Source of the DNA: a virus
Taxonomy: Duplodnaviria; Caudoviricetes
Length of the DNA: 28,283 bases
Virus record (IMG/VR): IMGVR_UViG_3300038406_000282
Location: 1 to 28,283 of that record
Strand: one strand, 5' to 3'
Position 1 is the stretch's first letter. Every line of letters begins with the position of its first letter. Shown here piece after piece: positions 9,103 through 18,488 of the stretch. The notes beneath the pieces are model-generated. The model saw nothing but the letters and a program-made list of their open reading frames with translations, did not search any database and was not told where the DNA came from. Position numbers and translations under genes: made by a program.

Positions 9103-9312
9103 ATGCTCAACCACTGCCAGGAGTGCACCGCGGCGTACGCGGTCGGGCTGAAAGCCTGCCCGCAGTGCGGCACCGCGCAAACGGTGACGGTGACCGCCCC
9201 GCCGGGGCTGCAGGAGCCGGAGCAGCGGCCCGAAACCGACTCGGGGCCGGCCGAGGAACCGCCGGCCGAGACCAAGCCCCGCCGGCGAGCCAGGGACGCC
9301 GACGATGGCTGA
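9103..9312 (+). CDS. Small zinc-ribbon protein
   Basis: CQEC...CPQCG. AGGAGG RBS. Confidence 0.7.
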   Translation: MLNHCQECTAAYAVGLKACPQCGTAQTVTVTAPPGLQEPEQRPETDSGPAEEPPAETKPRRRARDADDG

Positions 9313-9697
9313 TGTCGGCGTAGAGGTCACGCTGGCCGGGCCCATCTTCGACGGCCGCGCCGAGCAGGCCGTGGACGACTTCCTGGTGGAGGCGGCCGAG
9401 GTGGTCGCCGAGCAGGGCCTGAACGACGTGCTCAACGCACTGGGTGGGGTGCTTCGCAACCCGACCGGCTACTACGAGTCGCAGATCCGGACCGACCGGG
9501 TCTCCGTGGACCGGGTGGACGTGTCCGACGGTGGCGTGGTGTACGGGCCGTGGCTGGCCGGCGTCGGCTCCCGCAACCAGACGACCGACTTCGCCGGCTA
9601 CGAGCACTGGCAGATGGCCACGCAGGCACTCGACGGGCAGGCCGACCGGGTCGCCGAGCAGCGGCTGGCCCCGTACGTGGACCGGATGAATGGCTGA
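9305..9697 (+). CDS. Neck/tail-completion protein (HK97 gp10-like position)
   Basis: GPIFDGRA, NPTGYYES and VYGPWLAGVGSRN. Synteny with flanking connector genes. Confidence 0.65.
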   Translation: MADVGVEVTLAGPIFDGRAEQAVDDFLVEAAEVVAEQGLNDVLNALGGVLRNPTGYYESQIRTDRVSVDRVDVSDGGVVYGPWLAGVGSRNQTTDFAGYEHWQMATQALDGQADRVAEQRLAPYVDRMNG

Positions 9698-10148
9698 CCA
9701 GCACGCGTGGCTGCAGCCGCTGGTCGATGCGGTGGTCACGCACGCGCAGGCGATCGGCCGGTTTGAGCGCGTGAACGGCCACGAGCCGGTGAGCGCGCCC
9801 GGCAACGGCCTGACGTGCGCGGTGTGGCCGCAGGAGATCGTGTCAACCCGTTCCAGCGGGCTGCGGTCGACGAGCATCCTGGTCATGCTCAGCGTGCGGA
9901 TCTTCGCGCCGGGCATGTCCGAGCCGCGGGACGATGTGGACCCGACGATGGTGGCCGCGCTGTCCAACCTGCTCGCCGAGTATCACCGGGATTTCACGCT
10001 GGGCGGGCTGGTGCGGCAGGTGGACATCTTCGGCCAGCATGGCCGCGGCCCGCTGCGGGCGGTCGCCGGCTGGCTGACACCGAAGATCCGCGTATACACC
10101 ATCAACCTGCCGCTCGTGGTCGACGGCGTGTGGACGCAGGGAGGCTGA
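9690..10148 (+). CDS. Probable tail terminator
   Basis: VNGHEPVSAPG and YHRDFTLGGLVRQVD. Immediately upstream of the tail-tube-like genes. Confidence 0.6.
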   Translation: MADQHAWLQPLVDAVVTHAQAIGRFERVNGHEPVSAPGNGLTCAVWPQEIVSTRSSGLRSTSILVMLSVRIFAPGMSEPRDDVDPTMVAALSNLLAEYHRDFTLGGLVRQVDIFGQHGRGPLRAVAGWLTPKIRVYTINLPLVVDGVWTQGG

Positions 10149-10149
10149 C

Positions 10150-10881
10150 ATGGGCAAAGAGTCGGGGCTGGGGCATGAGCTGTATGTGGACGGCTGGGAC
10201 CTGTCCGACGACATCGGCTCGGTCTCCCGGCTCGGCGGCGGCTGCGCGGTGCTGGACCTGACCGGAATCCGGCAGCTGGCGTTCGAGCGGCGCGGGGGAA
10301 TCCGCGATGGCAGCATCGAAGCGTCGTCCTGGTTCAACCCGACCGGTGCGCACGCCGCCCTGTCGACACTGCCCACCACCGACCGGGTCGTGTCCTATCT
10401 GGCCGGTACCGCACCGGGCCGGCCGGCGGCATGCCTGATCGGCAAGCAGCCCAACTACGACCCGACCCGCAACGCCGACGCCAACCTGCCGATCGCCTTC
10501 GCCACGCAGGGCAACGGGTTCGGGCTGGAGTGGGGCGAGATCCTGGCCGCCAGGGCGGCACACGCCGGTGCCACCAACGGCACGCCGGTGGACCTAGCCG
10601 CCTCGACGTCGTTCGGGCTGCAGGCGTACCTTCACGTGCACGCGTTCACCGGCACCAGCGTGACCGTGGTGGTGCAGGACTCGGCCGACGGGTCGACCGA
10701 CTGGCAGCCCGTCACCGGCGCCGGGTTCACCGCGGTGAGCGCGGCGCCGGCCGCGCAGCGGATCCAAACCGCCCGCGACGCGACGGTCCGCCGGCACCTG
10801 CGGATCGCCAGCACCGGCACCTTCACCAGCGCCACCGTCTCAGTGATCGCGGTGAAGAACGTGATCGCGGCGGCGTTCTAG
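10150..10881 (+). CDS. Tail-tube-like protein with an extra C-terminal beta-sandwich domain
   Basis: MGKESGLG...DLTGIRQLAFERRGGIRDGSI aligns with the 11344 gene. C-terminal VVVQDSADGSTDW domain. Confidence 0.6.
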   Translation: MGKESGLGHELYVDGWDLSDDIGSVSRLGGGCAVLDLTGIRQLAFERRGGIRDGSIEASSWFNPTGAHAALSTLPTTDRVVSYLAGTAPGRPAACLIGKQPNYDPTRNADANLPIAFATQGNGFGLEWGEILAARAAHAGATNGTPVDLAASTSFGLQAYLHVHAFTGTSVTVVVQDSADGSTDWQPVTGAGFTAVSAAPAAQRIQTARDATVRRHLRIASTGTFTSATVSVIAVKNVIAAAF

Positions 10882-11340
10882 ATGGCCGGCGTGATGCTCG
10901 GGCAGCAACTGAACCGGGCCCGGCCGGCGTTGCCGGTGCACGCCTACCAGTCCTTCGAGATCCGGCGGCCGCTGCCGACGCATTGGCGGGAGGCGACCTG
11001 CCGGGAGGTGGGTTGCCCGCACGCCGACGGTTGGGTGATGCGCGCCGACGAGTCCACCGAGCTGGGCCGCAAGCAGGCGCACTACATCCGCTACAGCTCC
11101 GGCCGGCGGCACCGCGAGTCCCGCGACCCCACCGGCCTGACCGTGTTCACCTTCCCCAGCGGGGAGCGGTGTTTCGCCAACCACATGCTGCCGACCGGAC
11201 GCCCGGAGCTGTTCGTGGTCCGCGGCGGCGACTGGCGCCGTTCGCTGGGGACGATGCGGCGGCACACCCGGCCGGAGCACTGGGTGGAGCAGTTCGCGGC
11301 CAACCAGGACCGCATCGCGACCGCACGAAAGAGAGGATGA
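10882..11340 (+). CDS. Hypothetical tail-region protein (Cys/His motifs)
   Basis: Abuts the upstream stop. Contains CREVGC and CFANH. Confidence 0.65.
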   Translation: MAGVMLGQQLNRARPALPVHAYQSFEIRRPLPTHWREATCREVGCPHADGWVMRADESTELGRKQAHYIRYSSGRRHRESRDPTGLTVFTFPSGERCFANHMLPTGRPELFVVRGGDWRRSLGTMRRHTRPEHWVEQFAANQDRIATARKRG

Positions 11341-11343
11341 CCG

Positions 11344-11778
11344 ATGTCAAAAGAGACAGGCTTGGGTTGGACCGCGCTCACCATCGACGACGCCAGCGGC
11401 ACGCCGGTGGAGCTCGTTGACCCGGACAGCGGCGTCGACCCCGTCACGAACCTGTCGTGGGCGACCCCGCGGGCGGTGCAGGACGTCACCGGCATCGGCA
11501 AGTCGGCCATGGAGCGGCTGCTGCTGCTGGCGGACATGTCCACCACCTACAACGGGGTGTTCGACCCCGGCGCCAGCTCGGCGCACTCGGTGTTCCGCAC
11601 CATCCCGTCCACGAGCGTGGCCCGGACGACGCTGATCCAGATCTCCGGGCAGGAGCTGGATACGGAGCTGCTCTACACCGACTATGGGCTGACCCGCAAC
11701 CAGGACGGCAGTTTCACCTGGACGGTTCCCGGCGTGCTCGCCGACGGCACCGTACCCACGTGGGACACGGTCGCCTGA
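11344..11778 (+). CDS. Major tail tube protein (probable)
   Basis: MSKETGLG...QDVTGIGKSAMERLLLLAD...LADGTVPTW. Directly upstream of the chaperone and tape measure genes. Confidence 0.7.
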   Translation: MSKETGLGWTALTIDDASGTPVELVDPDSGVDPVTNLSWATPRAVQDVTGIGKSAMERLLLLADMSTTYNGVFDPGASSAHSVFRTIPSTSVARTTLIQISGQELDTELLYTDYGLTRNQDGSFTWTVPGVLADGTVPTWDTVA

Positions 11779-12194
11779 TGGGCTTCGAGGAGCCGCGCAC
11801 CATCGTCCGGGTCCAGTTCGCCGACCCGAGCTTCGCTGGGCTGGAGGTGCGCGCCTACGCGGCGCCCACCGACGTCCTCGAGGAGACGGCGGAGCTGGCG
11901 TTCGTCGACGGCAGCAAGCCGGTTGACCCGGCGACGCTTTCGCGCATCCGCGGCATCGTCAAGCGGTTCGCCGACGAGCTGGTGTCGTGGAACCTGGAGC
12001 GCGATGGGCAGCCGCAGCCGGCCACCGTCGAGGCGGTGCGCCGGCTCGATCTGACGTTCGCGTGGCAGCTGGTCGGCGGGTGGATCGTCGCTACCCACCG
12101 GGTGCTGGGCGGCGCCATGCAGGAGGCCCGCCAGCGGCAGGAGGCGGAGTTCGACGAGGCGGAGCTGCCGCCGATGGAGCTGCCCGCCGACTAG
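11778..12194 (+). CDS. Tail assembly chaperone
   Basis: TGATG coupling to the tube gene. LVSWNLE motif and acidic C-terminus ELPPME. Position before the tape measure gene. Confidence 0.7.
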   Translation: MGFEEPRTIVRVQFADPSFAGLEVRAYAAPTDVLEETAELAFVDGSKPVDPATLSRIRGIVKRFADELVSWNLERDGQPQPATVEAVRRLDLTFAWQLVGGWIVATHRVLGGAMQEARQRQEAEFDEAELPPMELPAD

Positions 12195-12436
12195 TCCTGC
12201 CCGCGCCTGAGCTGCCAGCAGATGCCGGCGCCGGCCAGCACCACGGCGAGCATCACCCCGCCCGCAGCCAGCAGTGTCCGCCCCATCTCGGCCGCGGCGG
12301 GGTCGTAGTCGAAGGCGGCGGGGTCGGCGTTGCTGCTGGTGAGGATGATCCCGGCCAGCCCGACGGCGACGGTAATGAGCCAGCCGGTGATCAGCCAGGG
12401 GTTGGTGTCGGTGGCGATCCGCTTGGTGGTGGTCAT
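12191..12436 (-). CDS. Antisense 81-aa two-TM membrane protein (moron-like)
   Basis: MTTTKRIATDTNPWLITGWLITVAVGLAGIIL...LLAAGGVMLAVVLAGAGICWQLRR. Fills the gap between chaperone and tape measure; the two stops overlap in CTAG. Confidence 0.75.
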   Translation of the reverse strand: MTTTKRIATDTNPWLITGWLITVAVGLAGIILTSSNADPAAFDYDPAAAEMGRTLLAAGGVMLAVVLAGAGICWQLRRGQD

Positions 12437-12443
12437 GTCGCGC

Positions 12444-12471
12444 AGCGTACGTGAGCCGTGCCACTCGTGAA
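12444..12471 (-). promoter_or_regulatory. Putative leaderless promoter for the antisense membrane gene
   Basis: Minus strand reads TTCACG-16nt-TACGCT-7nt-ATG. No Shine-Dalgarno. Confidence 0.5.
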
Positions 12472-12502
12472 CCAGCCGATCGTGCGAAGGGAGGTGACCT
12501 GA

Positions 12503-14608
12503 TTGGCGAACGAAGTCTCCATCTCGGTGACGGCCGAGGACACCGGCGCCAAGGCGACGATGGAGTCGACCGCCCAGTCGGGCGACAAGCTCTCCGGCTC
12601 GGTGAAACGGGTTGGTGAGACCGCTGGCGGAGTGCTCGCCGCGAACACCATCACCAACCTGTCCAAGCAGGTCACCGGCTTCATGACCGCCACGGTCGCC
12701 GCCGGCGATCAGGTAGACAAAGCGTCGGCTCGGCTGGGAGTGTCCGCCAAGGCGTATCAGGAGCTGGACTTCTGGGCCAGCCAGAACGGCATCTCGCAGG
12801 GTGCACTCGAGGGCGCGGTCCGCACCCTGAACCAGCGCATCGGCGAGGCGACCGAGGGCAACCAGCAATACGCCGACGCCTTCCAGGCGCTCGGCGTCGA
12901 CATCGAGACCAGCAGCGGGCAGATCCGCGACACCGAGGATGTCCTCACCGATGTCATCGGCAAGCTCCGTGACATCGACGACCCGGCGCGTCAGGCCGCG
13001 CTGGCCGCCGAGCTGTTCGGCCGCCGGATGGGTGCCCAGCTGCTGCCGGCGCTGCGGGACACCTCCTTGTCCCTTGAGGATGCGGCGAAGCGGGCGGCCG
13101 AGCTGGGCATCGTCATGGACCAGGACGCCATCGATGCCTCCGTCAAGTTCGCCGACACTCTCGATGAGCTGAAACGCGCCGGGCAGGCGGTAGTCCGCGA
13201 CCTGATCATGCCCATGGTCTCTGCCTTCGCTGATCATCTGCTGCCGGTTATGGTCGACATCACGGCCGGGTTCCGGTCGCTTCCCGGTCCCGTGACCGCG
13301 GTGGCCGTCGGGGTTGCTGCGCTGTCGGCGGCGGCGTTGCTGGTGGCGCCTCGGGTGCTGGCTGCCCGGTCTGCGCTGATCGCGTTCGGGCTGTCCGCCA
13401 CGGCCGCCAATCGGGCGCTCGGCGCGATTGGGCTGGCCATCACCATTATCGGTGTTGCGGTGGCTGCGTTCGGCGACGCGCAGGGCAAGGGCGCGTCCAT
13501 GGTGGATGAGCTTACCGCCAGCATGGACAAGCAGACCGGCGCGCTGAGTAGCCAAACCCGCGAGATCATCGCCAGCCGGCTTGAGCATGACGGCTTGCTG
13601 AAATCGGCTCAGAGCCTGGGCATCGGCCTTGAGGATCTTACCGACATAATCCTGTCAGGCGAAGACGCCCAGCGGCAGATGATCGATGCCATCAACGCCA
13701 CGGGTGTCGCCACCCTCGGAGCGGACGGCGCGTTCACCGACTTCAAGGACTCCACAAAGGATCAGCGGGTCGCCATCATCTCGCTGATGGACGGCCTGAG
13801 CGAACTGGCGCCGCAGGTGACTGCGGCGCAGGGGGGATGGGAGCGGCAGCGGGAGGCTGTCGACGGTGCCACCGAAGCCAACTACGAGCAGATCGACTCG
13901 CTGCAGTCGCTCGCGGACGAGCTGCGTGCGCAGGTTGATCCCGCCTTCAAGCTGATCAAGGCGCAGGAGGACCTCGCCGAGGCGCAGAAGGCGGTTACCG
14001 AGGCCGAGCGGGACCATGGCAAGAAGAGTCCGGAGTACCGGGCGGCGCTGCGGGACGAAGCCAAGGCGGCGCTGGATGTGCTGTCGGCTGCCGGGGAGCT
14101 CGGCGACGAGTTCACTGGCGACCTGTCCAAGGCGCAGCGCAAGATGCTGGAGGACGCCGGCATCTCCGAGGCGGCGATCGAGCGGCTGGCGGCCGATCTG
14201 CGCAAGGCGAAGAAGGACGCCGACCGGCTCGACGGCACCCGTGTACGCATCAACGAAGAGCACACCATCACCACCACCCGCATCAACCGGGAGATCACCG
14301 AACGGCACGGCGTCAACGCGCCGACGCTGCGCGCCCACGGCGGTGTCACCGGTGCCGAGGTCAGCTCGGCGCAGACCGGAGGCGTACGCCGCGGCATGAC
14401 CATTGTCGGCGAGGCGGGCCCGGAGCTGGTGGAGCTGCCGGTGGGGTCGACGGTCATCCCGGCCGGCGCCACCCGCAACATGCTCAACGGCTCCGGCGGC
14501 GGTCCGACCGAGGTGGTGGTGCGGCTGGAGTTCGTCGGCGCTGACGAGGAGTTCGCCGAGTTCTTCCGGCGGATCGTGCGCCGCCGGCCCGGCCTGGTCG
14601 CGGCCTGA
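12503..14608 (+). CDS. Tape measure protein (701 aa)
   Basis: MANEVSISVTAED start after GGAGG, long Ala-rich helical sequence with a hydrophobic middle, and C-terminal VGEAGPELVELPVGSTVIPA. Confidence 0.92.
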   Translation: MANEVSISVTAEDTGAKATMESTAQSGDKLSGSVKRVGETAGGVLAANTITNLSKQVTGFMTATVAAGDQVDKASARLGVSAKAYQELDFWASQNGISQGALEGAVRTLNQRIGEATEGNQQYADAFQALGVDIETSSGQIRDTEDVLTDVIGKLRDIDDPARQAALAAELFGRRMGAQLLPALRDTSLSLEDAAKRAAELGIVMDQDAIDASVKFADTLDELKRAGQAVVRDLIMPMVSAFADHLLPVMVDITAGFRSLPGPVTAVAVGVAALSAAALLVAPRVLAARSALIAFGLSATAANRALGAIGLAITIIGVAVAAFGDAQGKGASMVDELTASMDKQTGALSSQTREIIASRLEHDGLLKSAQSLGIGLEDLTDIILSGEDAQRQMIDAINATGVATLGADGAFTDFKDSTKDQRVAIISLMDGLSELAPQVTAAQGGWERQREAVDGATEANYEQIDSLQSLADELRAQVDPAFKLIKAQEDLAEAQKAVTEAERDHGKKSPEYRAALRDEAKAALDVLSAAGELGDEFTGDLSKAQRKMLEDAGISEAAIERLAADLRKAKKDADRLDGTRVRINEEHTITTTRINREITERHGVNAPTLRAHGGVTGAEVSSAQTGGVRRGMTIVGEAGPELVELPVGSTVIPAGATRNMLNGSGGGPTEVVVRLEFVGADEEFAEFFRRIVRRRPGLVAA

Positions 14609-17445
14609 TGTCCGCCCTGCTCGACGGCCAGATCAAGGTCGAGATCGCGCCAGGTGCGGACCCGGCCGACCCCACCACGTGGGACTTCGTCGACATCACC
14701 GGCTATGACGGCATCGACCGTATCCGCTACGCCGACGGTATCGACCTGGCGTACGGGGTGCGCAACGAGGGCGGCTACTGCGACCCCAGCACGTGCGCCC
14801 TGACCATAGACAACCGCGACGGTGTGTTCTCTTCCCGGAACCGGCTCGGCCCGCTCTACGGCGGGCTGACCAAGAACACGCCGCTGCAGGTCACGATCGG
14901 CGACCAGGACGCGCTGCCGGCCGTAGCGGTCCGGTCGGTGGCCACCCACGAGTCCGGAACCACCGACGCGTTCAACGTGACCGCACCAGCTGGACTGGTT
15001 GCCGGTGACGTGCTGGTTGCGTTCCACACCAACGATTTCGGCTCAACCGCGCAGATGGGCATCTCCGGTGGTGCGGCGTGGCAGCCGCTGGCGCAGGCAA
15101 CGATCGGCGTTGAGCATGCCAACACCCGCGTGTGGTGGAAGGTGGCCGGCGGGTCGGAGCCGGCGACCTACGGCTTCACCCAGCACTCCAATGCGGATGC
15201 GGTGGTGGCCATCGTGGCGGTGGAGGACGCCTCCGAGGCGGTCCCCACGGTCGAGCTGCTGACCTCAGCGGAGGTGTCCGATCTGCTGGACACGCCGTCG
15301 ACCGACCCGGGTACGGCCCGGCTGGAGCTGCGGTGGGTGGGCGCCAACTCGGTGGACGAGGTGGCGACCACGTTCACGCCGCCGGCGGGGTTCGCCGAGT
15401 TGGCCGACCTGGACTCGGACGCCAACATAGCCGGGTCGCTGGCCGAGCGGGACCTTACCTCGTCTGCACCCACAGGAGTGCACAGCTTCTTGGCCGACCA
15501 GGACATCAGATACCACAACGGTGTGACGGTCAACCTGTCCAACGCGCCGACGGCCGCCTTCGTCGGGTTCGTCCCCGAGTGGCCGGTCGACTGGAACCCG
15601 GCAGGTACAGCCGACTCGTTCGTGCGGATCACCGCTCAGGGGACGCTGTACCGGGTGCAGAAGGGTGCCAAGCCCCTGCACTCGGCGACCCGCCGCGTGG
15701 CCCAGTCCAACCCGGCGGTGGCCGCCTATTGGCCGATGGAAGACGGGTCCGGTGCGACCCGGTTCGAGTCGCCGATTCCCGGCGTCCGGGCGATCCAGCC
15801 GACGGGCGACTTCTCCCCGGCGGCGCAGGAAGGCCCCGGCGGGTCGAAGCCGCTTCCGGTGCTTCGGCCCGGCATGACGTTTTTTGGCCAGGTGCCCAAC
15901 GTCATGAACTCCAACGGGCCATGGTTGGTCGAGTGGATGTTCTACATGGAGGCTCCAGCGGTGGCCGGCACTCACCGTGCGGCGCTGCGTATCCGCACCA
16001 CTTCCAACGCTGGCGCGGAGTGGGTGGCAACCGTCAGCTCCACACAGATGCGCATGCTCATATTGGACGGTGACGGCTCGCAAACGTTCAACCAGTCGGT
16101 GGACCTGCATCCCGACTTCTACGGCCGGTGGGTGAAGTTCGCAATGCAGGCCACACAGGTCAACCCCACCACTGCCGCCGGGTTCCTGACGGCCATCTAC
16201 GAGGACAGCACCGTAGCCAACTCTCTGGGTTCCGCGTCGATCAGCCTCAATGAGGTGGGGCGGCCGGTGGCGGTGGGGTACATGCCGTTGGCGGCCACAC
16301 CGGACTCCCGGTCGGCGGGGCATATCGCGGTCGGGCCGCTTCCCGGGTTCTCACTGGCATCCCTGATCGGGGAGCAGTCCATCGCATCCGCTACCACCAC
16401 GTCTATCGACGGCTGGAATGGTGAGCACGCCGCCGACCGGTTCATTCGTATCTGCGCCGAGAACAACATCCCAGCGGTGGTGCGCGGGAACCCGGCCGAG
16501 TCCGAGCCGATGGGGGCGCAGCTGCCCAAGACGCTGCCCGAGCTGCTGCGGGAGATCGAGGACACCGACGGCGGCCGGGTGCATGAGATCGGCACCGGGT
16601 TGGGCTACCTGACCCGCACCGCCCGCTACAACCAGGCGGTGGCGATGCACATCGACGCCGACCAGATGGCCCGCACACCCCGGCCCACCGATGACGACCT
16701 GCCGCTGGCCAACCAGGTGGAGGTGACCCGGCAGGGCGGGTCGTCTGCCATCGCCCGCAACGAGCCGTCCATCGCCGCGGACGGGCTCGCCGACCGCGAG
16801 CATCCGGTCAACACGCATACGGACAACCTGTTGCAGGACATCGCCGGCTGGCAGGTGTGGAAGGGCACCCACGACGGGTACCGGTGGCCGCTGATCCCGG
16901 TGGAGCTTCACCGGCCGGCGGCGCAGGCGCTGATCCCCACGTGGCAGGCCATCCGGATCGGTGATCGGGTGACGGCCGACCACGCCTTCACCCAGCTCCC
17001 CAATGTGGGCATTGATGTGCAGGTGGAAGGGTGGCGGCAGCGGATCACCCAGTTCACCTGGGATGTGTCTCTGTACACGGTTCCGGACGCCACGTGGCAG
17101 CTCGGGCAGCTCGGCGCCGGCCGATACGGGCCATCCTTCGGGGACACGTTCCGCCACGCCGCGCCCGGGCCGATTTCCGACTCGCAGACCACAATCACCT
17201 TCGAGGTCGCCACCGCGTGGGTCAACTCCACGGACAACCCGGAGCTGTTCCCGTTCCTCATCGAGATGTTCCCAGCGGCGCTGGGTGGCCGGTTCGGGAC
17301 CGAGATCATGCAGGTGACCGCGGCGCTCGCGCCGGTCGGCGATATCCAGGAGTTCACGGTGGTCCGCGGAGTCAACGGGGTGCAGACCGCCCACCCGGTA
17401 GGGACCGTGGTGATGCTGGTGGACCCGCTGCGGTACGCGCTATGA
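14608..17445 (+). CDS. Large minor tail protein (tail tip/hub) with inserted beta-sandwich and LamG-like regions
   Basis: Follows the tape measure gene by TGATG coupling. Contains LTIDNRDGVFS, AYWPMEDG and NQVEVTRQGG. Confidence 0.8.
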   Translation: MSALLDGQIKVEIAPGADPADPTTWDFVDITGYDGIDRIRYADGIDLAYGVRNEGGYCDPSTCALTIDNRDGVFSSRNRLGPLYGGLTKNTPLQVTIGDQDALPAVAVRSVATHESGTTDAFNVTAPAGLVAGDVLVAFHTNDFGSTAQMGISGGAAWQPLAQATIGVEHANTRVWWKVAGGSEPATYGFTQHSNADAVVAIVAVEDASEAVPTVELLTSAEVSDLLDTPSTDPGTARLELRWVGANSVDEVATTFTPPAGFAELADLDSDANIAGSLAERDLTSSAPTGVHSFLADQDIRYHNGVTVNLSNAPTAAFVGFVPEWPVDWNPAGTADSFVRITAQGTLYRVQKGAKPLHSATRRVAQSNPAVAAYWPMEDGSGATRFESPIPGVRAIQPTGDFSPAAQEGPGGSKPLPVLRPGMTFFGQVPNVMNSNGPWLVEWMFYMEAPAVAGTHRAALRIRTTSNAGAEWVATVSSTQMRMLILDGDGSQTFNQSVDLHPDFYGRWVKFAMQATQVNPTTAAGFLTAIYEDSTVANSLGSASISLNEVGRPVAVGYMPLAATPDSRSAGHIAVGPLPGFSLASLIGEQSIASATTTSIDGWNGEHAADRFIRICAENNIPAVVRGNPAESEPMGAQLPKTLPELLREIEDTDGGRVHEIGTGLGYLTRTARYNQAVAMHIDADQMARTPRPTDDDLPLANQVEVTRQGGSSAIARNEPSIAADGLADREHPVNTHTDNLLQDIAGWQVWKGTHDGYRWPLIPVELHRPAAQALIPTWQAIRIGDRVTADHAFTQLPNVGIDVQVEGWRQRITQFTWDVSLYTVPDATWQLGQLGAGRYGPSFGDTFRHAAPGPISDSQTTITFEVATAWVNSTDNPELFPFLIEMFPAALGGRFGTEIMQVTAALAPVGDIQEFTVVRGVNGVQTAHPVGTVVMLVDPLRYAL

Positions 17446-17457
17446 GGGCGGTGAGCG

Positions 17458-17967
17458 GTGGCGCATGACCCGTTCCTGCCCGGCCAGCCGGTCGACCCGG
17501 ACCGGATCAACGAGCTGGACGTCCAGGGGACCTACGCGCCGGCGCTGACCGCCACCGGCGGCACACCCAACCTCGGCTCGACCGGCGAAGCCGTCGGGGT
17601 GTGGTGGCGCTCCGGACATTGGATGCAGGTGTTTGCCCGGTTCCTGTTCAGTGGCACGGGGATCGCCACCGGCGGCGGTGGCGTGTTCCACGTCAGTCTG
17701 CCTTTCCAGCCGGACCTGTCGCTGGTCGACGCCAACCCGTTCGACTCCACCTCGCTTAACGTCGGGTACGGGTGGATCCGCGACAGCTCGGCCGGCCTGA
17801 ACAGCCGCATCGTCACCGTCCAGCTGCGACCGTTCGACATCACCGGGCTCATCCACGCGCAGATGCGGCAGCCAGGCCTGGCGTCCGGCGTGTCCGGCAC
17901 CTCCCCGTTCACGGTCGCGACCGGAGACCGGATCGGCCTCAACTTCGCCTACCCGGTGGAGGACTGA
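17458..17967 (+). CDS. Minor tail / receptor-binding-like protein, paralog 1
   Basis: GTYAPALTATGGTPNLG...GVWWRSGHW...ARFLF...VSLPF. Beta-rich head-domain pattern. Confidence 0.7.
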   Translation: MAHDPFLPGQPVDPDRINELDVQGTYAPALTATGGTPNLGSTGEAVGVWWRSGHWMQVFARFLFSGTGIATGGGGVFHVSLPFQPDLSLVDANPFDSTSLNVGYGWIRDSSAGLNSRIVTVQLRPFDITGLIHAQMRQPGLASGVSGTSPFTVATGDRIGLNFAYPVED

Positions 17968-18485
17968 TGAGCCACGAGGCGTTCGGTGACGTCGCCACCC
18001 TGCCGTCGCGGATGATGGGCAACCTGGACCGCCACGAGGTGTACGGCCCGAGGCTGTACGGGGGCACCACCGACCCGTACCTGGGTGATGACGGCGAGGC
18101 GATAGGGATGTGGTCCCGCAAAGGCCACTGGATCAGGGGCATGGCCCGGTTCCTGTTCCTCGGCGACGGCCTGAGTGCCGGCTCGGGCCAGTACCGGATC
18201 TCACTGCCCCTGCCACTCGACTATTCGGTGGTGACCGGATCGGGCACGATCGCCGCGGGCACCTGCCTGGGGTTCGGCCGCATCCGCAACTTCGCCAGCT
18301 CGGCAGACAACTCCGACGTGTTCTTGCAGGCACCGGCGGAGGCGACGCAGGCCAATGTGGTCTACATGGTCCCCACCACGGGCAACGCCAGCGTTTCCGC
18401 GGCGTCGCCGTTCACGCCCAGCAACTGGACCAGGTTCACTGTTCAGTTTCGCTACCCTGCCGACCCCGCACACCTGCCGAGGTGA
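17967..18485 (+). CDS. Minor tail / receptor-binding-like protein, paralog 2
   Basis: ATG 17967 (TGATG, GGAGG RBS). YGPRLYGGTTDPYLG...GMWSRKGHW...ARFLF...ISLPL. Confidence 0.7.
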   Translation: MSHEAFGDVATLPSRMMGNLDRHEVYGPRLYGGTTDPYLGDDGEAIGMWSRKGHWIRGMARFLFLGDGLSAGSGQYRISLPLPLDYSVVTGSGTIAAGTCLGFGRIRNFASSADNSDVFLQAPAEATQANVVYMVPTTGNASVSAASPFTPSNWTRFTVQFRYPADPAHLPR

Positions 18486-18488
18486 GCC

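Noticed and set aside
11778-12500. Canonical tail-chaperone -1 frameshift
   Set aside because: No X XXY YYZ heptamer was found near the chaperone's 3' end, and the downstream space is occupied by an antisense gene.
12191-13588. 465-aa minus-strand ORF
   Set aside because: Only the last 81 codons (from ATG 12436) look like a real protein; the rest is antisense to the tape measure gene.
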